Positions 61,264 to 64,000 of a stretch of 64,000 bases of DNA are shown piece after piece. The notes beneath the pieces are model-generated. The model made no database searches. It saw nothing but the letters and a program-made list of their open reading frames with translations, and had not been told where the DNA came from. Every line of letters begins with the position of its first letter. Positions within the stretch are counted from its first letter, which is position 1. This DNA is from Eledone cirrhosa (Eukaryota): contig OZ024743.1 of assembly GCA_964016885.1 (NCBI GenBank), forward strand, positions 184,822,001-184,886,000, read 5' to 3'. Both the position numbers and the translations under genes were made by a program.

Positions 61264-61620
61264 ACAAGCACTTGAAAAGAAACTAGATAGAGCATACACA
61301 AAAATGCTTAGGATTGTACAAAACAAACTAGAATCAAGATAACACAAATGAAAGTTTATACGGAAACTTGCCCAAGATAATAACTACAATTATTCAAAGA
61401 CGGTAATGATTTGCAGGACATTGCTGGAGAAGTAAGCAGGAAATTATACACAAACTACTATTGTGGGAACCAATTCAAGGGAGATGCAGTAGAAGACCTG
61501 CTCAAACCTTCATCAAACAACACTCAGATGATACAAACCTCATCAGGGAACAGTTGATAGGAGTAATAGAAAATCGTGACTTGTGAAGAAACTTTATCAG
61601 GAATTTTTGACTGTGGTCAC
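61264..61620 (+). mobile_element. Degenerate RTE-X-like LINE C-terminus
   Basis: LDRAYTKMLRIV, NESLYGNLPKI, FAGHCWRSKQEIIHKLLLWEP. Confidence 0.7.
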
Positions 61621-61942
61621 AATAATGAAATTACATTTTGAAACAGTATGTATGCATGAATACACAACCTCACTTATAAATACATGCATAAACACGCGCA
61701 TAGTATTTTTGTGTTTATCTATGTATGTGTGTCCACAACAACAATGATAAGGTCCTGGTGAACTAAAGTTCATAAGTCCATGTTTTGATTTGACAGTTGG
61801 AACAATTTTATGTTTTCCCCCTTAATATCTAAAGAAACACATGAACACAATTTACACATTACAACTTAAGTGAAGCATGAGAGCCAGTGGTTAGGAAATG
61901 AGATGAGCAAATATTTGTAAACATCAGATTTCTCCTTAGGCG

Positions 61943-64000
61943 TCATCATCATCATCATCATCATCAACGTTTAACGTCCGGTTCCACGCTTGCATGGGTT
62001 TGGACGGGGGTATTCCCACTTGAGGCAAGAGTGATTGTCTTGCTCGCATAGGACTGTCTGGCAGGTTTTCTACAGTTGGATGCCCTTCCTAACACCAACC
62101 ACATTTACAGTGTGGGTCTGGGAGGTTTTTACCGTGTTGCCTACACGGCCACATTACAGCGTGGCCTGTGTGTTTTTTTGTCGTGACACCTACACAATCT
62201 CATTTGTTTCGGCCTGGATGGCGCGGCACCAGCATGATGGCGCGGCACCAACATAACTTTACATAGAACGGGGTGGTGTGGATGGGGTGGGGGTGGTGGG
62301 ACGGGGTGTATTTTGTTAGAGATGCCTACTGGCTGTAGTAGGTTTTACTATGTATTTAGGTAAGGCGGGTCTTCTCTGTTACTGAGTACCGCCAAAGGTC
62401 TCGGTCCAGTGACATTGTCTTGGAGAGGTGTAAGTGTGTGAGGTCGGAGTTTATCAGCTCGTCCCAGGTTTTTCTAGGTCTGCCTATTCCGTGGCTACCG
62501 TCTATCTTTATTGCCCTGCACTTTGTTATACAGCTATCGACTTTCATGCGCATCACGTGTCCATACCAACGTAGCCTTCTCTCGAGTAAACAACATCTGA
62601 TCCCTCTTATTTCTAATTTTTTCCTTAGTTTGTTTATGCTTTGCCGTTCACGTATATTACTATTACACATCCAGCGGAGCATGCAAGCTTCGTTCCTCTC
62701 TAGTCTGCGTATATCCTCTGCACACAATGCCCAGGTCTTGCTGCCATGCAACATTGCTGTTTGTATGCAGGCATCATACAACCTGCCTTTCATTTTTAGG
62801 GAGAACCCTTTAGCAGCTAATAGTGGTATAAGCTCTCTGAACTTTTTCCAACCAGTTCTGACTCTAGCTACTGTACTTTCAGAGCACCCTCCCCCACTGC
62901 TGATTTTGTCGCCCAGGTAACGGAAGCTGTCCACTATTTCTATAGAACCCTCTGCGCAATTGAAAGAGCTAGTATTTTGTGGGCACTTGCTGCTACTTAT
63001 TGCACCAGAGCACCGGCCACATGTAAAATCTATGTTCTTAGTTAGCTTACCTGTGATCCCACTACATCTTTTATGCACCCATACTTTGCATTTGGGACAT
63101 AAAATGGAGTTTCTACCTACGCCTTTCCTACATACTGAGCATGGCCATTTCCCAGAAGGGACCGTCGCCTTATTTTCTTTCCTACAAACTAGAACTTTAG
63201 TCTTAGCCAGGTTAATTTTAAGTCCTTTTGATTCTAGGCCGTGCTTCCATGTTTGGAATTTCTTCTCTAGCTCGGCCATTGATTCAGCTATGAGTGTCAG
63301 GTCGTCTGCGTATAGGAGTTCCCATGGGCAGCCGGTCTTGAACTCCTCTGTTATAGCCTGAAGGGCAATAATAAATAGAACAGAGCCCTGATGGACGCCA
63401 ACTTTTACGCTAAACTCTTCACTATATTCGTTGTTAATTCTAACCTTGCTGACTGTTTCTTTATACATGGCTTGTATAGCTCTCACAAGCCATTCGTCAA
63501 CCCCTAGTTTTCTAAGAGCCCACCAGATAATGGAGCGGGGGACTCTGTCGAAGGCTTTCTCCAAGTCGACAAAAGCTAAGTAGAGGGGTTTACTTTTAGC
63601 TAGGTACTTCTCCTGTAGTTGTCGTACAATGAAAAGAGCGTCTGTGGTACTTTTGCCTGACACAAACCCAAACTGCATTTCATCTAGGTCAATTCTCTCT
63701 CTGATTAGTTGCGCTATTACTTTTTCCGTGACCTTCATGACCTGGTCGATTAATTTAATGCCTCTATAGTTACTCCTATCTAGGGCATCTCCTTTACCCT
63801 TATAACAGTTAACGATGATGCTGCTATGCCAGTCCTTCGGAACAACCCCATTCTGTACGACTTGTTTAACTATGCGGGTGACCATGGTGTGTCCCACCGT
63901 GCCAGATGCCTTCAGCATCTCAGCAACTATTTCCAAAGGCCCAGCCGCCTTACCCGTCTTCATATCCTTGATTGCCTTACTTATTATACTCCCCTCGACT
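61943..64000 (-). mobile_element. RTE LINE subfamily C, running off the window end
   Basis: (GAT)n tail at 61943-61965, 3' UTR, long open RT ORF. Confidence 0.95.
62356..64000 (-). CDS. RTE ORF2 reverse transcriptase with embedded PHD finger (5' incomplete; 4-aa in-frame deletion in a conserved RT motif)
   Basis: 535+ aa open frame; NYRGIKL, QFGF, DLEKAFD, LYADD, PHD, FRYLG, RLRWYGHV; HQGSVLFII versus HQGSVLSPLLFII in paralogs. Confidence 0.9.
   Translation of the reverse strand, partial: VEGSIISKAIKDMKTGKAAGPLEIVAEMLKASGTVGHTMVTRIVKQVVQNGVVPKDWHSSIIVNCYKGKGDALDRSNYRGIKLIDQVMKVTEKVIAQLIRERIDLDEMQFGFVSGKSTTDALFIVRQLQEKYLAKSKPLYLAFVDLEKAFDRVPRSIIWWALRKLGVDEWLVRAIQAMYKETVSKVRINNEYSEEFSVKVGVHQGSVLFIIALQAITEEFKTGCPWELLYADDLTLIAESMAELEKKFQTWKHGLESKGLKINLAKTKVLVCRKENKATVPSGKWPCSVCRKGVGRNSILCPKCKVWVHKRCSGITGKLTKNIDFTCGRCSGAISSSKCPQNTSSFNCAEGSIEIVDSFRYLGDKISSGGGCSESTVARVRTGWKKFRELIPLLAAKGFSLKMKGRLYDACIQTAMLHGSKTWALCAEDIRRLERNEACMLRWMCNSNIRERQSINKLRKKLEIRGIRCCLLERRLRWYGHVMRMKVDSCITKCRAIKIDGSHGIGRPRKTWDELINSDLTHLHLSKTMSLDRDLWRYSVTEKTRLT

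Overview
AT-rich eukaryotic (animal) DNA, most likely an octopus or other coleoid cephalopod. That taxon is inferred from the tRNA-derived CORE-type and Meta-type SINEs, the RTE LINEs with (GAT)n tails and the very long TA microsatellites. The window looks mostly intronic or intergenic. Roughly 20 kb is compound (TA)n/(TACA)n microsatellite, which is packed with retroelement insertions. These include at least three RTE-clade LINE subfamilies with a PHD finger inside the RT, one near full-length CR1-like LINE (15971-20963), two Penelope-like elements (RT/GIY-YIG) plus pLTR remnants with hammerhead ribozyme motifs, RTE-X-like 3' fragments and SINEs. A TTAA-flanked MITE family also occurs. One plausible host coding exon lies on the minus strand (46150-46420). 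The most interesting observations are: (1) the CR1-like LINE has a Myb/SANT + polyQ + 2xCCCH ORF1, and an ORF2 with no AUG before its first endonuclease motifs that overlaps ORF1 in the -1 frame across an in-frame U_UUU_UUA slippery heptamer, suggesting programmed frameshifting; (2) a non-coding, direct-repeat-flanked element carries a canonical hammerhead with an enlarged stem II (8923-9004); (3) SINE and LINE 3' ends appear to have been swapped or captured; (4) fold-back and twin-priming structures recur at insertion ends. The many long Y/I/H/T/C/M/V-rich ORFs in the track are microsatellite artefacts.
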